Below, piece by piece: positions 24,823-34,427 of a DNA stretch of 37,959 bases. The notes beneath the pieces are model-generated. The model saw nothing but the letters and a program-made list of their open reading frames with translations, was not told the origin of the DNA and ran no database searches. Both the position numbers and the translations under genes were made by a program. Positions within the stretch are counted from its first letter, which is position 1, and each line of letters begins with the position of its first letter. This stretch comes from a virus (lineage: Duplodnaviria; Caudoviricetes). Location: the IMG/VR virus record IMGVR_UViG_3300032312_000921, positions 1 to 37,959 of that record. One strand, given 5' to 3'.

Positions 24823-26734
24823 AGGCAGGCCCAAGAACCTGCTTCATCCGCTTCCTTCTGATTATGCTGATCTTACTCCAGAGGGCCAGCGACTTGCTCG
24901 TTTGAATGCCGCACGCCAATGGCTCCTTCCGACCGAGGACCTGAAGCAGAAGGCACTGGACTTCATTGCGTCGCTGAACTTTTTCGAGAAGTACTATCTA
25001 TGGCCGGACGAAGCGGCCGACTTCAATCCCTTGTTCTTCGACGACATGCCGGTGGCCACGCCACTCGGTCACTACTCGATCTACAAGGAATGGGCCACAA
25101 GCAAGTCCTCTCTAGTGGTGGCCCCACGCGGCTTTGCGAAGAGCAGTTGCATCCGCAAGTCAATGCTGATGCAGCTCCTGACCAGGCCAGCCAATTCGTT
25201 CATCTATGCAACGAGCTCGCACGACAACGCGCAGCAAACCGCACAGATCGTCAAGAGCCAGCTGACTGACAACAAGCGCATCTTCGACGACTTCTCGCCT
25301 GACTTCCCTGACGAGCGCATCGTCCCACGACGCGGCGAAGCCTCCTTCGGTCTTGAGATGATGTACCTCAAGAACGGATCGTGGCTCCGCGCCATCTCTG
25401 CATCCAGCAAGCAGCGCGGTGGTCGACCCCGCTGCTACATCCTGGATGACCCGGAGTACGACGCCAAGGCCTCCACCTCGATGAGCGTTCTGCGCGACTA
25501 CGTGGAGACCCTGCTCTTCAAGATCATTCTTCCAATGCTTATGCGACCGGACACCTCCGTCCGGTGGCTGGCCACCTTCGTGAGCCGACGCCACTACGCC
25601 TGGCATGCCATGCAGACCGAGCAGACCGCCTCCGGCCTCCGTGCTCAGGATCCCCGCTTCGAGTTCTGGAGCCGCATGCTCCTAGACGCCGAGTACGAGA
25701 AGAACGGCGTCATGTACTCCTGCTGGCCTGAGATGTGGCCCCTCAACCGGGAAGCCAAGCGCATCAACCCAAAGCTCAAGAACCAGCTTTCACTTGAGGA
25801 AATCAGGGAACGCCTCGGCTCATCCGTCTACCTAGCGGAGTACCGGGGTAGGCCGGGCGAGAGCGGCGAGAACTTCTTCCCCCTGATGACCCGCGACAAG
25901 CACGGGTGGTGGTTGGAAAACGTGGATGTGGACATGGCTTCCCAGCCATACAACTCCCAGACCACCATCTGTTGGGACTCGGCGGGAGTGCAGAAGAGCC
26001 GACCGATCCGCGAGTTCCTGCAGGAGTCGCGGCTGTTCATGTCCATTGACACATCCTTTACCCATGGCACGGACTCGGATTACAAGGTCTGCACCGTCAT
26101 GGCAGCCACCTCCGACAACTGCCTGTTTGTCCTGGACATGTGGGCAGGCAAGACCCCCGAGAATGAGCTGATCCGTCAGGTCTTCCGGCTGGCCGACAAG
26201 TGGCGTGTGCCCACCATCCACCCCGAGGTGATCCGCGAATCGGCCTCCCTCTACCAACAGTTGGAGTCGCTCGTCAGGCAGCGCGCCACCGAGATGACCG
26301 GCACCACCCACCTCCCCCGAGTGGTTCCCCTGCGTGTGGGCATGATGCAGAAGGAAGGCAAGATCAGCACCCTGATGTTCCGGTTCGAGCACGGCCTCAT
26401 CAAGATGCCCCTTTGGCAACGCATGGAAAAGCCTTGGCGGGACCTCTTCGACCAGATCGAGCAGTTCAACCCTGAAGCCAAGAACGGCGGCCTTTCGCAC
26501 GATGACCACATCGACACCGTCTCGATGAGCACCATCATCATGCGGTTCCGCATCCCCAAGGTGGGGGGACCAGACGAAGAACAAGAGTCAGCCATGGAGC
26601 TTTTGAGGAAAGGCACCCTGCTGGACCCCAACGGTATCCCAATTCTTGCTAGTCTTGATTTCAACCGCATAAGCGCAGATGATGTGCAACACCTTATGAG
26701 GCCAAAGGAAAACGATGGAAACTCCAAAGTCTGA
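24803..26734 (+). CDS. terL: Terminase large subunit
   Basis: Walker A APRGFAKS, QRGGRP, Walker B YILDDPE; RNase H-like MSIDTS...DSDY and HDDHID. Confidence 0.93.
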   Translation: MDLKRIEGRPKNLLHPLPSDYADLTPEGQRLARLNAARQWLLPTEDLKQKALDFIASLNFFEKYYLWPDEAADFNPLFFDDMPVATPLGHYSIYKEWATSKSSLVVAPRGFAKSSCIRKSMLMQLLTRPANSFIYATSSHDNAQQTAQIVKSQLTDNKRIFDDFSPDFPDERIVPRRGEASFGLEMMYLKNGSWLRAISASSKQRGGRPRCYILDDPEYDAKASTSMSVLRDYVETLLFKIILPMLMRPDTSVRWLATFVSRRHYAWHAMQTEQTASGLRAQDPRFEFWSRMLLDAEYEKNGVMYSCWPEMWPLNREAKRINPKLKNQLSLEEIRERLGSSVYLAEYRGRPGESGENFFPLMTRDKHGWWLENVDVDMASQPYNSQTTICWDSAGVQKSRPIREFLQESRLFMSIDTSFTHGTDSDYKVCTVMAATSDNCLFVLDMWAGKTPENELIRQVFRLADKWRVPTIHPEVIRESASLYQQLESLVRQRATEMTGTTHLPRVVPLRVGMMQKEGKISTLMFRFEHGLIKMPLWQRMEKPWRDLFDQIEQFNPEAKNGGLSHDDHIDTVSMSTIIMRFRIPKVGGPDEEQESAMELLRKGTLLDPNGIPILASLDFNRISADDVQHLMRPKENDGNSKV

Positions 26735-26990
26735 TGACCCACAAGGCAAGATGACCTACGTCACCATCCCGTACTTCCTGTACGAAGCGATGGCCCGCCT
26801 CTACTACACGCGGGGTCTTCAGCATCAAGACTTCGGTCCGCCGCCGGTTCGTCCGGTTGCATCTGAAGAACCCCGCACTGAATTTACCGGTGCCTTTGAT
26901 ATCTCAGACGATGAAATCCCAACCGAGTGGATCCCGCTCGGAGTAGCAAGGAAACCAGACAGTGCCCGCCCAAACGATCAGTCTTCCTAA
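26715..26990 (+). CDS. Hypothetical protein
   Basis: 91 aa; AAAGGA RBS; between terL and portal. Confidence 0.7.
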   Translation: METPKSDDPQGKMTYVTIPYFLYEAMARLYYTRGLQHQDFGPPPVRPVASEEPRTEFTGAFDISDDEIPTEWIPLGVARKPDSARPNDQSS

Positions 26991-28962
26991 GGATCCGCGC
27001 GATCTCGCCCGTCTGCTTCGCATGCACGCGGAGCGAGAGCGTTCACGTTACTCCTACCGTCGCGCCATCTGGATGCTGGCTTGGCACTACTTGAACGGTG
27101 CTCGTCGCTTTGACGTCTTCGATCCGTACAACGGTCGAGTGTCCCCCCACTACCTTGATAAGGACGGCAATGTGGAGTTCCAGTCGCAGGAGCTCCTCTC
27201 GATGATTGACCGGACTGTGGCGCGCATCGCGTCGATGGACCTGCGTCCCAAGGTGATGCGACAGGGCAGCAGTCTGCGCATGATCCGCGAGCGTTCGTCT
27301 GCTCAGGTGGTGGCTGATTCGCTGGTTGCCGAAAACCATCTGTCGCAGGTGGTCAGCGACTTTGCGCACAACTTTGTGACCCTGGGTTGCTGCGGCATTC
27401 AGGGCCATCTGGTGGATGTGCCTACCGTGGGTCTGACTGCAGACCTTGAAGTGGTGCACCCCCGCGAAGTGTTCCCGTTCCCCGCCCTGCATCAGGACTT
27501 TGCGAAGAAGCAGGGCATGCTGCGTCAACGCGTGATTCCGGTTGAGTTCCTTGAGGAGCGCTTCGGCAAGTCGTTCATCAAGAAGAACCTGGAAAAGATG
27601 GAGTACTGGTCTACCGACCCTGGAGACATTGTTCAGGACGCGGGTCTGGATGAACCTGGTGACGCTGTGCGCAACCCATTTGACGGTCGCGCAATCGCAA
27701 CCGGTATCTCTGCAGGTTCGAACATCATCAGCACCAAGGTGGCCCGTGTGCGTGAGCTGTGGCTCGATGGCCCGCGTGGTACCTGTGCTCGCTATGTGGT
27801 GACGTGCGGCGAGGTGGTTCTCTCTGACGAGGACTACTCGGATCGCACCGTCTACTGTCCGCTGGGTTGGGCACGCTTCATGGACACCGGCACCTTCTAT
27901 GGGGCTGGCATGTTCGACCTGCTGTTCGGCATCTCGCGCGAAGCCGAGAAGCTGATGAAGAGCCTGTTCAACAACATCCGTGACATCGACAAGTACGGCA
28001 TCCTCGTGCTTCCGGCTGGTGCGTTCAATGAGCGCACCACCCTGCGTGAAGTGGGCAAGGGCCTGCGAGTCGTGGCCTACCAGCCTGATCCGCTGAACGA
28101 GAAGTTCAACCCGATGACCATCTCTCCCCAGACGGCTGGCGATGTGCCGGGCAAGGTGGCTCAGTTTGCACGCGAGGTGATGCACGCAATCAGCCCCATC
28201 CAGGACCTCATCCAGGAGAAGGGTCGCGTCGACTCGGCGACCGGTCTGCAGTTCCTCGATGAGCAGATCACTCGTGCAATGACCAATCCTTCGATTGGCA
28301 TCCAGCGTGCCTTTGGTGACATGTACCGCTCCATCGTGAGCAGCGCAGTCAGCGATCTGGTCAAGTATCCGAAGCCCATTCCGGTCACCAGTCTGACCAT
28401 GGACTTGGCTGGCGCAGTCATTGACCTGGATCAGGGCAGCGTCTCCTTTGACAAGAACCCGATTCCGCACGTTGGACATCTGACGTTCGGCGTTCGACAG
28501 GTCAGTCCGCGCAGTGAGGTTGCTCGCAAGGAAGAGGCGATGGGCCTTCTGCGCGCCGGTCTTATGGACCCCGACTCGTTCAAGCTCTTCAGTCTGAAGG
28601 AGGGCTTGGACTTCGCTATGTGGATCGAGGAGGAACGATCGGCATACGAGACGGGCGTCCAGAATATCCTGATCCTCTACGGCAACGGATCTGACCCCGG
28701 TCAGGTCATCCTTACCCAGCACAACTCTCGACCCGACATCCAGCTCCGTCTGCTGTCGGCATTCATGTCGAGCCCAACCATGACGGTAGCGTCGCCCGAA
28801 GTGCAGAACGCCTTCGCTGACTACCGCCAGTCACTGATGCAGTTCATGGGAGCAACTTTGCCCCCGCAGGTCCCCTCGCCCGAGATGGCCATGGGAGCCA
28901 TGGGACCTCAAGCGCAAGCAGGACAAGGCATGCCGGGCATGCCCCCAATGCCAGGAAGGTAA
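26962..28962 (+). CDS. Portal protein
   Basis: 666 aa after terL and before scaffold/capsid; P22-like layout; Met/Pro/Gly-rich tail. Confidence 0.8.
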   Translation: MPAQTISLPKDPRDLARLLRMHAERERSRYSYRRAIWMLAWHYLNGARRFDVFDPYNGRVSPHYLDKDGNVEFQSQELLSMIDRTVARIASMDLRPKVMRQGSSLRMIRERSSAQVVADSLVAENHLSQVVSDFAHNFVTLGCCGIQGHLVDVPTVGLTADLEVVHPREVFPFPALHQDFAKKQGMLRQRVIPVEFLEERFGKSFIKKNLEKMEYWSTDPGDIVQDAGLDEPGDAVRNPFDGRAIATGISAGSNIISTKVARVRELWLDGPRGTCARYVVTCGEVVLSDEDYSDRTVYCPLGWARFMDTGTFYGAGMFDLLFGISREAEKLMKSLFNNIRDIDKYGILVLPAGAFNERTTLREVGKGLRVVAYQPDPLNEKFNPMTISPQTAGDVPGKVAQFAREVMHAISPIQDLIQEKGRVDSATGLQFLDEQITRAMTNPSIGIQRAFGDMYRSIVSSAVSDLVKYPKPIPVTSLTMDLAGAVIDLDQGSVSFDKNPIPHVGHLTFGVRQVSPRSEVARKEEAMGLLRAGLMDPDSFKLFSLKEGLDFAMWIEEERSAYETGVQNILILYGNGSDPGQVILTQHNSRPDIQLRLLSAFMSSPTMTVASPEVQNAFADYRQSLMQFMGATLPPQVPSPEMAMGAMGPQAQAGQGMPGMPPMPGR

Positions 28963-28965
28963 GAC

Positions 28966-29889
28966 ATGTCTGACGAACAGAACCAGCAGCAGGCCCCCAA
29001 CAACACGATTGACCTCGATGCGAAGGTCCTTCTTGGGGGGACCGAAGTGAATGTGCGAGATCTCGCCAACGCGCGCGAGGAACTTGAAAAGGCCCGCGAG
29101 GAGATGGAGCAGCTGTCTAAGTTCCGCGAGGCTGCACTGACCGTGATGCGGCAGGACGTTCCTGCTGACATGAAGACGGAGGCTGCTCGCCAGCTCCTCC
29201 GTGACTCCGGTTTCCCGGAGGACGAGATTGATCGACAGGTTGGCGCTTGGGCCCAAGGCGGCCAGGAGGAATACGAGATGGTTGACGAGAACGAAGACCC
29301 CGAAGTGGAAGCACAGTCCGAAGAGGATGATGATGCTGATGTGGATCTGGTTGCGCAGTCCATCTTGGATGCGCAGAACCGTGCGGCCGTTGCTGAAGAA
29401 GAGGTTCGCCGCATCAAGGCGGAACGTCTCGGCACCCACATGAATGACCAGATCACCGGTGCCATTGACTCGGTCGACGATGGTCGTACACTGTTAGGTA
29501 AGCTCCGCGAACTGAACGGCGATGAAGCCGCCAAAAACGCTCGGGCTGCGATTGAGCGTGACATTCGTCAGACGACGCTTGACATGCTCCGTTCGCGGCG
29601 AGATGCGGCTGGCACCTTCAACGAAGCTTGGGTAGCGGAAGAGGCAAGGCGGGCTACTGAGTCCGTTATTGCCAAGTATCGCTCGGTAATCGGCGACCCC
29701 AACAAGCTTGGGCGCGCGCCGGAAACAGCAAGCGGTTCTGATTACTTCGCTTCCCGTAAGCCTGTGCCAGCTCCAAAGTGGAAGCCCGGCATGAGAACAG
29801 GTGACGTCGATGGTCTGCTGCAGGACTACAACACTGATGTGTTGAGCCGCCTGGCTTCAGGCCTGGACAATGGGAAAGATCGAGTTTGA
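28966..29889 (+). CDS. Capsid scaffolding protein
   Basis: Acidic, helical, 307 aa; between portal and capsid. Confidence 0.75.
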   Translation: MSDEQNQQQAPNNTIDLDAKVLLGGTEVNVRDLANAREELEKAREEMEQLSKFREAALTVMRQDVPADMKTEAARQLLRDSGFPEDEIDRQVGAWAQGGQEEYEMVDENEDPEVEAQSEEDDDADVDLVAQSILDAQNRAAVAEEEVRRIKAERLGTHMNDQITGAIDSVDDGRTLLGKLRELNGDEAAKNARAAIERDIRQTTLDMLRSRRDAAGTFNEAWVAEEARRATESVIAKYRSVIGDPNKLGRAPETASGSDYFASRKPVPAPKWKPGMRTGDVDGLLQDYNTDVLSRLASGLDNGKDRV

Positions 29890-29915
29890 GAACCCCGTAA
29901 CTAGGAACAAATAAA

Positions 29916-31556
29916 ATGCCTAATGGAGTGACTGGAACTCTCTTCGATACGCACAGTACGCAGATCGAAGAGATCATCAACAAGAACGTCGACACGATTC
30001 TGCCGACCCTTGATCCGGCTTGGCGCGACACCGTCGTGACCTCGCAGGGCGTGGGCCCGGCTAGTGCAATCGGTCGTGACCTGAAGATTCTGAAGATCTA
30101 CCGTGGCGGTCTGACCGGCGTGGTGGAGCAGGCTCGTCCCCGCAATGACTTCGTGCTGTACGGTGATGCGACCACGACCCTTGGTCTTGGTGCCAAGATG
30201 TACACCCAGAGCGCGAGTCAGGTGTGGCCGAACGCGATGGACGGCCCGGTGAATCGTCCGTACCGTCTGGGAGTCAACATGCGCGCCATGCTGACCAACC
30301 TGGCCATTACGATGGGTGAGCTCACGGCTGAGGCAACCCCGGCTTTCATCGGCGACGTGATTGCGCCGAAGCTGAAGGGCTTTGCTCAGAACATGGCTCA
30401 CACGCTGTGCAACTACTGGTACGTCAGCCAGAACGATGGTTACTGCCTTGCTTACACCACCAGCTACGTTGGCTTCGATGGAAATGCCTCCAACGGCATT
30501 CCTACCGGCGAAGGCCGCTTGGTGCTGACGGTCGGCAACGGCGCAGTGGATCGTTTCTACGTTGGCCAGCGCGTTGACCTGTACACCGATAGCAGTGGCG
30601 CGGCAATCCGCATTAACGACGGTCAGGGTGCAGCTGCAAACCAGACCCTTAGTACGCGTTCTAATCTGTTTGTGGGTGCTGTGGATGAACTGAAGGGCCA
30701 GGTCACGATCGTTGGTGCAACTGCTGCGTTTTCAAACGGCACTGCATCCGTGATCCTTGGCAACGACTCCGATGGCACCGCTGGTACCACGAAGCTCTGG
30801 ATCACCTATGCCAACAGCCGCACCAACGCTAGCACCACTCTGGCTGGTTTTACCGGTATCGCCGGTATCAACAGCTGGATGAAGTTCGGTGATGCCAACG
30901 GTGCAACTTCCAACAGTGATAACACGCTGCTTGGTTCAGAGGCAGATTCCAGCAATGCCATCAACGTGAACGTGCATCCTGAGTTCAAGTCCTTCCTGCA
31001 GAACAGCGTCGGTACGCTGACCGAGCACAAGCTTCGTCAGTACATCCGCCGCTTCCATGCTGCGAAGAACAAGTACGGCCAGTCGATCGACTGCCTCATC
31101 GCAGCCGATGGCGTGTGGCTGAACTACGAGGCTCAGAAGATTGGTCAGTACCAGCTGCAGCGTGCTGGCGCTCTGTCCAGCCTGAGCAGCGAAGGTTCGG
31201 AAGACGGCTTCAAGTTCACCTTCGAAGGTCGCACCTACAACGGCTACACCTCGACTTACATCGAGGACGGCGTTGTGTACGGCATCAAGAAGGGCGGTTC
31301 CAACTGGAAGCGCTACGTCCCGCCCGCCCCGCAGGGCGTGCAGGCGATGGCTGAGGCCGAGTCGTTCATCCCATTCAACTTCGTGGTTCCGGCTCTGACC
31401 GGCACCTCGTCGACGAAGTGGCCTGTTCTGACTTCGACTGGTCAGCTGACCGAAGCGATGCAGATGCCTGGCATGATCCGTATGCAGCTGGTCCCTGACC
31501 AGGCTGCTGGTCTCAAGCTGAGCGGCTGCAGTTACGACAAGGTGTACTCGGCCTAA
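29916..31556 (+). CDS. Major capsid protein
   Basis: 546 aa after the scaffold; strong codon bias; DCLIAADGVWLNY and GFKFTFEG-type P-domain pattern; AGGA RBS. Confidence 0.85.
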   Translation: MPNGVTGTLFDTHSTQIEEIINKNVDTILPTLDPAWRDTVVTSQGVGPASAIGRDLKILKIYRGGLTGVVEQARPRNDFVLYGDATTTLGLGAKMYTQSASQVWPNAMDGPVNRPYRLGVNMRAMLTNLAITMGELTAEATPAFIGDVIAPKLKGFAQNMAHTLCNYWYVSQNDGYCLAYTTSYVGFDGNASNGIPTGEGRLVLTVGNGAVDRFYVGQRVDLYTDSSGAAIRINDGQGAAANQTLSTRSNLFVGAVDELKGQVTIVGATAAFSNGTASVILGNDSDGTAGTTKLWITYANSRTNASTTLAGFTGIAGINSWMKFGDANGATSNSDNTLLGSEADSSNAINVNVHPEFKSFLQNSVGTLTEHKLRQYIRRFHAAKNKYGQSIDCLIAADGVWLNYEAQKIGQYQLQRAGALSSLSSEGSEDGFKFTFEGRTYNGYTSTYIEDGVVYGIKKGGSNWKRYVPPAPQGVQAMAEAESFIPFNFVVPALTGTSSTKWPVLTSTGQLTEAMQMPGMIRMQLVPDQAAGLKLSGCSYDKVYSA

Positions 31557-31584
31557 TTGAAAACTTCCTGGAGGGTCCACAACA

Positions 31585-32436
31585 GTGGCCCGAAAGCGCA
31601 AGGGGTGGCAGGTCAGGCGAGGGCCTGCCACCCCACTTACGAAGAGGCGTGCAGGAGAGGCGGCATCTGCAAAGATCGCTGTCCTCTCCTGCACGCATTC
31701 TCCGTTTACTCCTCCGGCCACTCACAAGTGGCTGCTTGACACCCTCAGCAATCTGAAGGGCGTCACCCATCTGGTTCACTTGGGCGACATCTTCGAGGCC
31801 TCTGCTGCCTCGGTGCACCCAGACGAATCAGACCACGATCTATTCGAAGAGTACGAGCATGCTGCGGCCTTCTTGGGTTCGCTGCGCGGTGCTCTTCCCC
31901 CCACGGTTCGGTGTCATGCGCTGATGGGGAACCACGATGACAACATCCTGGTATCTGATCCCCGCCGGATTCCGGCTGCGCTGCGGGGTGTCACTAACTT
32001 CATGCAGGCTGCGCCGTTTGCGCCGGAGGCCAAAAACTGGCACTGGACGCCTTACCGCAAGGACAGGCGCGGCTGCTTGGAGATTGGGCCCGTGATCCTG
32101 ACCCACGGCTTTGATGCTGGCCGGGCGTCAGATGAGATGGAGGCCATTCAGTTCGCAAACTTCTGCGGCGGTCACGCCCATCGGCTTGTTGTACGCGGCC
32201 ACACCCATAGGCCCGTGCCCCCGACACAGTGCCGCCGCACTTCATCTGTTCCGCTCCCGTGGTGGTACATGAATGTGGGCACCTGTGGCCCGCTCCAGCC
32301 CAAGTGGATGTTCAGGAAGGACACCTCTCAGTGGGGTGCTGCTTTGGGAATAATTGAGTGTAAGATGAATGCGTTGCCACCCTTCATTGCGAAGGAGTGG
32401 AACGCCGAACTGCTGAGGATGCCAGATGCCTTCTGA
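31585..32436 (+). CDS. Calcineurin-like metallophosphoesterase
   Basis: SCTH (normally SDxH), HLGDIFE, GNHD, THG, GHTH. Confidence 0.88.
   Translation: MARKRKGWQVRRGPATPLTKRRAGEAASAKIAVLSCTHSPFTPPATHKWLLDTLSNLKGVTHLVHLGDIFEASAASVHPDESDHDLFEEYEHAAAFLGSLRGALPPTVRCHALMGNHDDNILVSDPRRIPAALRGVTNFMQAAPFAPEAKNWHWTPYRKDRRGCLEIGPVILTHGFDAGRASDEMEAIQFANFCGGHAHRLVVRGHTHRPVPPTQCRRTSSVPLPWWYMNVGTCGPLQPKWMFRKDTSQWGAALGIIECKMNALPPFIAKEWNAELLRMPDAF
31602..31634 (+). terminator. Strong hairpin just after the capsid stop, embedded in the next CDS
   Basis: GGGGTGGCAGG/CCTGCCACCCC 11-bp perfect stem; no long U tract. Confidence 0.45.
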
Positions 32437-32725
32437 CGGAATCATCATTCGGAGTTGTGGACGGATCATCGACCTGCGCTTTGTAGCACCAGGCGAACTG
32501 TCGAGATCCACGTTGGGCGATTGCGACGCGGGGCGTTCCCGTCGTCGCTACGTGATCCGAGTGAAGCGTTCCCTCAAGGACCGCACGCGACTCGACACGG
32601 TCATCCATGAGCTGCTGCATGCACTGCATCCAGAGCTCTCGGAAGAAGTGGTGACTGACAGTGCGGCTGCACTGGCAAAGGTACTTTGGAAATTGGGCTA
32701 CAGGCCCCAGGAGAAGAAACAATGA
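32426..32725 (+). CDS. Small zincin-like (HExxH) metallopeptidase-fold protein
   Basis: LGDCD...IRV...DTVIHELLHA. Confidence 0.75.
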   Translation: MPSDGIIIRSCGRIIDLRFVAPGELSRSTLGDCDAGRSRRRYVIRVKRSLKDRTRLDTVIHELLHALHPELSEEVVTDSAAALAKVLWKLGYRPQEKKQ

Positions 32726-33033
32726 GCATGTTCGGACGAGCATTGGGCAAGGGCGCTTCCGCATTCGTGAGTGGCGCTGGCAAGGTTGGCAAGGCCGCCA
32801 TGAAGGGCATCAAGCAGGACATCCCCGCTGGCTACAAGGCCGCGAAGGCTGGTATCAACAAGGCCATGGATACGACCCCCCGTAAGGCTGGTCGCACTCT
32901 CAAGGCTGCCATGAAGAACGTCTCCCGTAGTCCGGACAAGATGAAGAAGCTGGGCAAGAGGGTTGCCAAGTACGGCGCTGCTGGCGCTGCTGGCTACGGT
33001 CTCGCCAAGATGATGAACAAGCGCGAAGATTGA
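32722..33033 (+). CDS. Basic Lys/Ala/Gly-rich protein
   Basis: AGGAG RBS; ATGA overlap; codon bias. Confidence 0.8.
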   Translation: MSMFGRALGKGASAFVSGAGKVGKAAMKGIKQDIPAGYKAAKAGINKAMDTTPRKAGRTLKAAMKNVSRSPDKMKKLGKRVAKYGAAGAAGYGLAKMMNKRED

Positions 33034-33073
33034 CACATGTCAGAATGCGAAACAAAAAAACTTGGGAAGACTG

Positions 33074-33238
33074 ATGGCTAAAAAGAATTGGATTCAGGGA
33101 GTAGCCAAGAGGATCAAGGAGCGCGGCACTGAAGGCGTTTGCACCGGACCAAAGTTCGGTGGACCCACGTGCCCATCCGGATCCAAGCGCTACAACCTGG
33201 CCAAGACCTTCAAGCGCATGGCAAAGAAGAAAGGCTAA
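33074..33238 (+). CDS. 54-aa basic protein (MAKKNWIQG...RYNLAKTFKRMAKKKG), absent from the ORF track
   Basis: Translated by hand; KxWIQ...LAxTF pattern of small basic phage proteins. Confidence 0.75.
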   Translation: MAKKNWIQGVAKRIKERGTEGVCTGPKFGGPTCPSGSKRYNLAKTFKRMAKKKG

Positions 33239-33241
33239 GCA

Positions 33242-33520
33242 ATGGACGTATCACCAGAAGAACTGAAGCAGCTAAGGAACATTCTTGACAAGCTGAAGTT
33301 TGACAGCTCAAATCTTCCAAAGAAGGCTAGAGGTGGAGGACTTAGAGGGTCTGGTCAAGAGTTGAGTTACAACCAGATAGTTAGGGGAATTCGAGACAAT
33401 CGAAACATGAGAAGGGGTGCTCTTGAATCGCTTCAAGAGGAGATAGCCGAAACACCTCTCAAGGGTTCCGATAGGCTCAAGAATTTCATGCCTGGCAAGG
33501 CACCTCGACGAAGGGGCTAA
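33242..33520 (+). CDS. Hypothetical basic protein
   Basis: 92 aa, tightly packed in the operon. Confidence 0.65.
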   Translation: MDVSPEELKQLRNILDKLKFDSSNLPKKARGGGLRGSGQELSYNQIVRGIRDNRNMRRGALESLQEEIAETPLKGSDRLKNFMPGKAPRRRG

Positions 33521-33522
33521 GC

Positions 33523-33774
33523 GTGTCTGATCGGCCCAAGTTCCAGTTCAAGGCGAAGCACAAGAATCCGCTGGGGGGACTCTCTGAGTTGGGTCGCAGG
33601 GCTTACAACAAGTCCACTGGCGGCAACCTCAAGCGTCCCCAGCCAGAGGGTGGCTCACGCCGTGACTCTTTCTGTGCCCGCATGAAGGGCATGAAGAAGA
33701 AGCTGACGAGCGCCAAGACTGCTAACGATCCCAACTCCCGCATCAACAAGAGCCTTCGGGCGTGGAAGTGCTGA
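33523..33774 (+). CDS. Basic phage protein (DUF6321-like)
   Basis: GGL...GR..Y, RRDSFCARMKGM and DPNSRINKSLRAWKC. Confidence 0.8.
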   Translation: MSDRPKFQFKAKHKNPLGGLSELGRRAYNKSTGGNLKRPQPEGGSRRDSFCARMKGMKKKLTSAKTANDPNSRINKSLRAWKC

Positions 33775-34167
33775 GTGGCAAAGGATGCCTGTTACAACAA
33801 GGTGATGGCGTCCTATGGCAAGTGGTCTGCCCGTGCAGCACAGGCTACTGCTAAGTGTCGCAAGTCCAAGGGCCAGGTCCGCAAGACCCAGGCTGGCGCG
33901 AACCTGAAGCGATGGGGTGCTGAGAAGTGGGTGGACACCAAGAGCGGCAAGGCTTGTGGTGCGGGCGGTAGCAATGAGTATTGCCGCCCCTCCAAGCGTG
34001 TGAGCAGCAAGACTCCGGTGACAAAGGGTGAGATGAGCAGCTCCAAGCTGGCAGCCAAGAAGGCTGAGAAGTCTCGTGTTGGTATGCAGGGCGCGTTTGG
34101 CCGAAAGGTCAAGCCGGTTAGGCGCAATGCGCTGAGCTCGCTTTCATCACTCAGGAGTTCCAAGTGA
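33775..34167 (+). CDS. Basic phage protein (DUF5872-like)
   Basis: KWSAR.AQ, LKRW..EKWVD and YCRPSKRVSSKTP. Confidence 0.75.
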   Translation: MAKDACYNKVMASYGKWSARAAQATAKCRKSKGQVRKTQAGANLKRWGAEKWVDTKSGKACGAGGSNEYCRPSKRVSSKTPVTKGEMSSSKLAAKKAEKSRVGMQGAFGRKVKPVRRNALSSLSSLRSSK

Positions 34168-34427
34168 AGAAGAAGACAATGAAGTCGCCATGGGGCAAAG
34201 TTAAGTCAAGGCTGGCTGGCAACTTGAGGCCAAAGCCTTTGATGGGCAGGCCTACTACAAAGACTCCAATCTTCAGTAGTGGCCGAGGTAAGAACCTCAA
34301 TCCTGTTTCCTATGCTACGCTTCAGCGTGTGTTTAGTGCTGGCTCTCGGTCTGCAAAGCCGTTTGCCAGAAAGCTTCCCCGCCTCAGGAAAAAGGTAAGG
34401 TCATATGGAACAGCAGCCCGTCGATGA
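34164..34427 (+). CDS. Highly basic hypothetical protein
   Basis: AGGAG RBS; GTGA overlap. Confidence 0.6.
   Translation: MKKKTMKSPWGKVKSRLAGNLRPKPLMGRPTTKTPIFSSGRGKNLNPVSYATLQRVFSAGSRSAKPFARKLPRLRKKVRSYGTAARR

Noticed and set aside
27043-28722. 559-aa antisense ORF over the portal gene (similar ones at 25832-26584, 22645-23406, 2894-3595, 6492-7205)
   Set aside because: Expected antisense shadows of codon-biased genes; no RBS or motifs.
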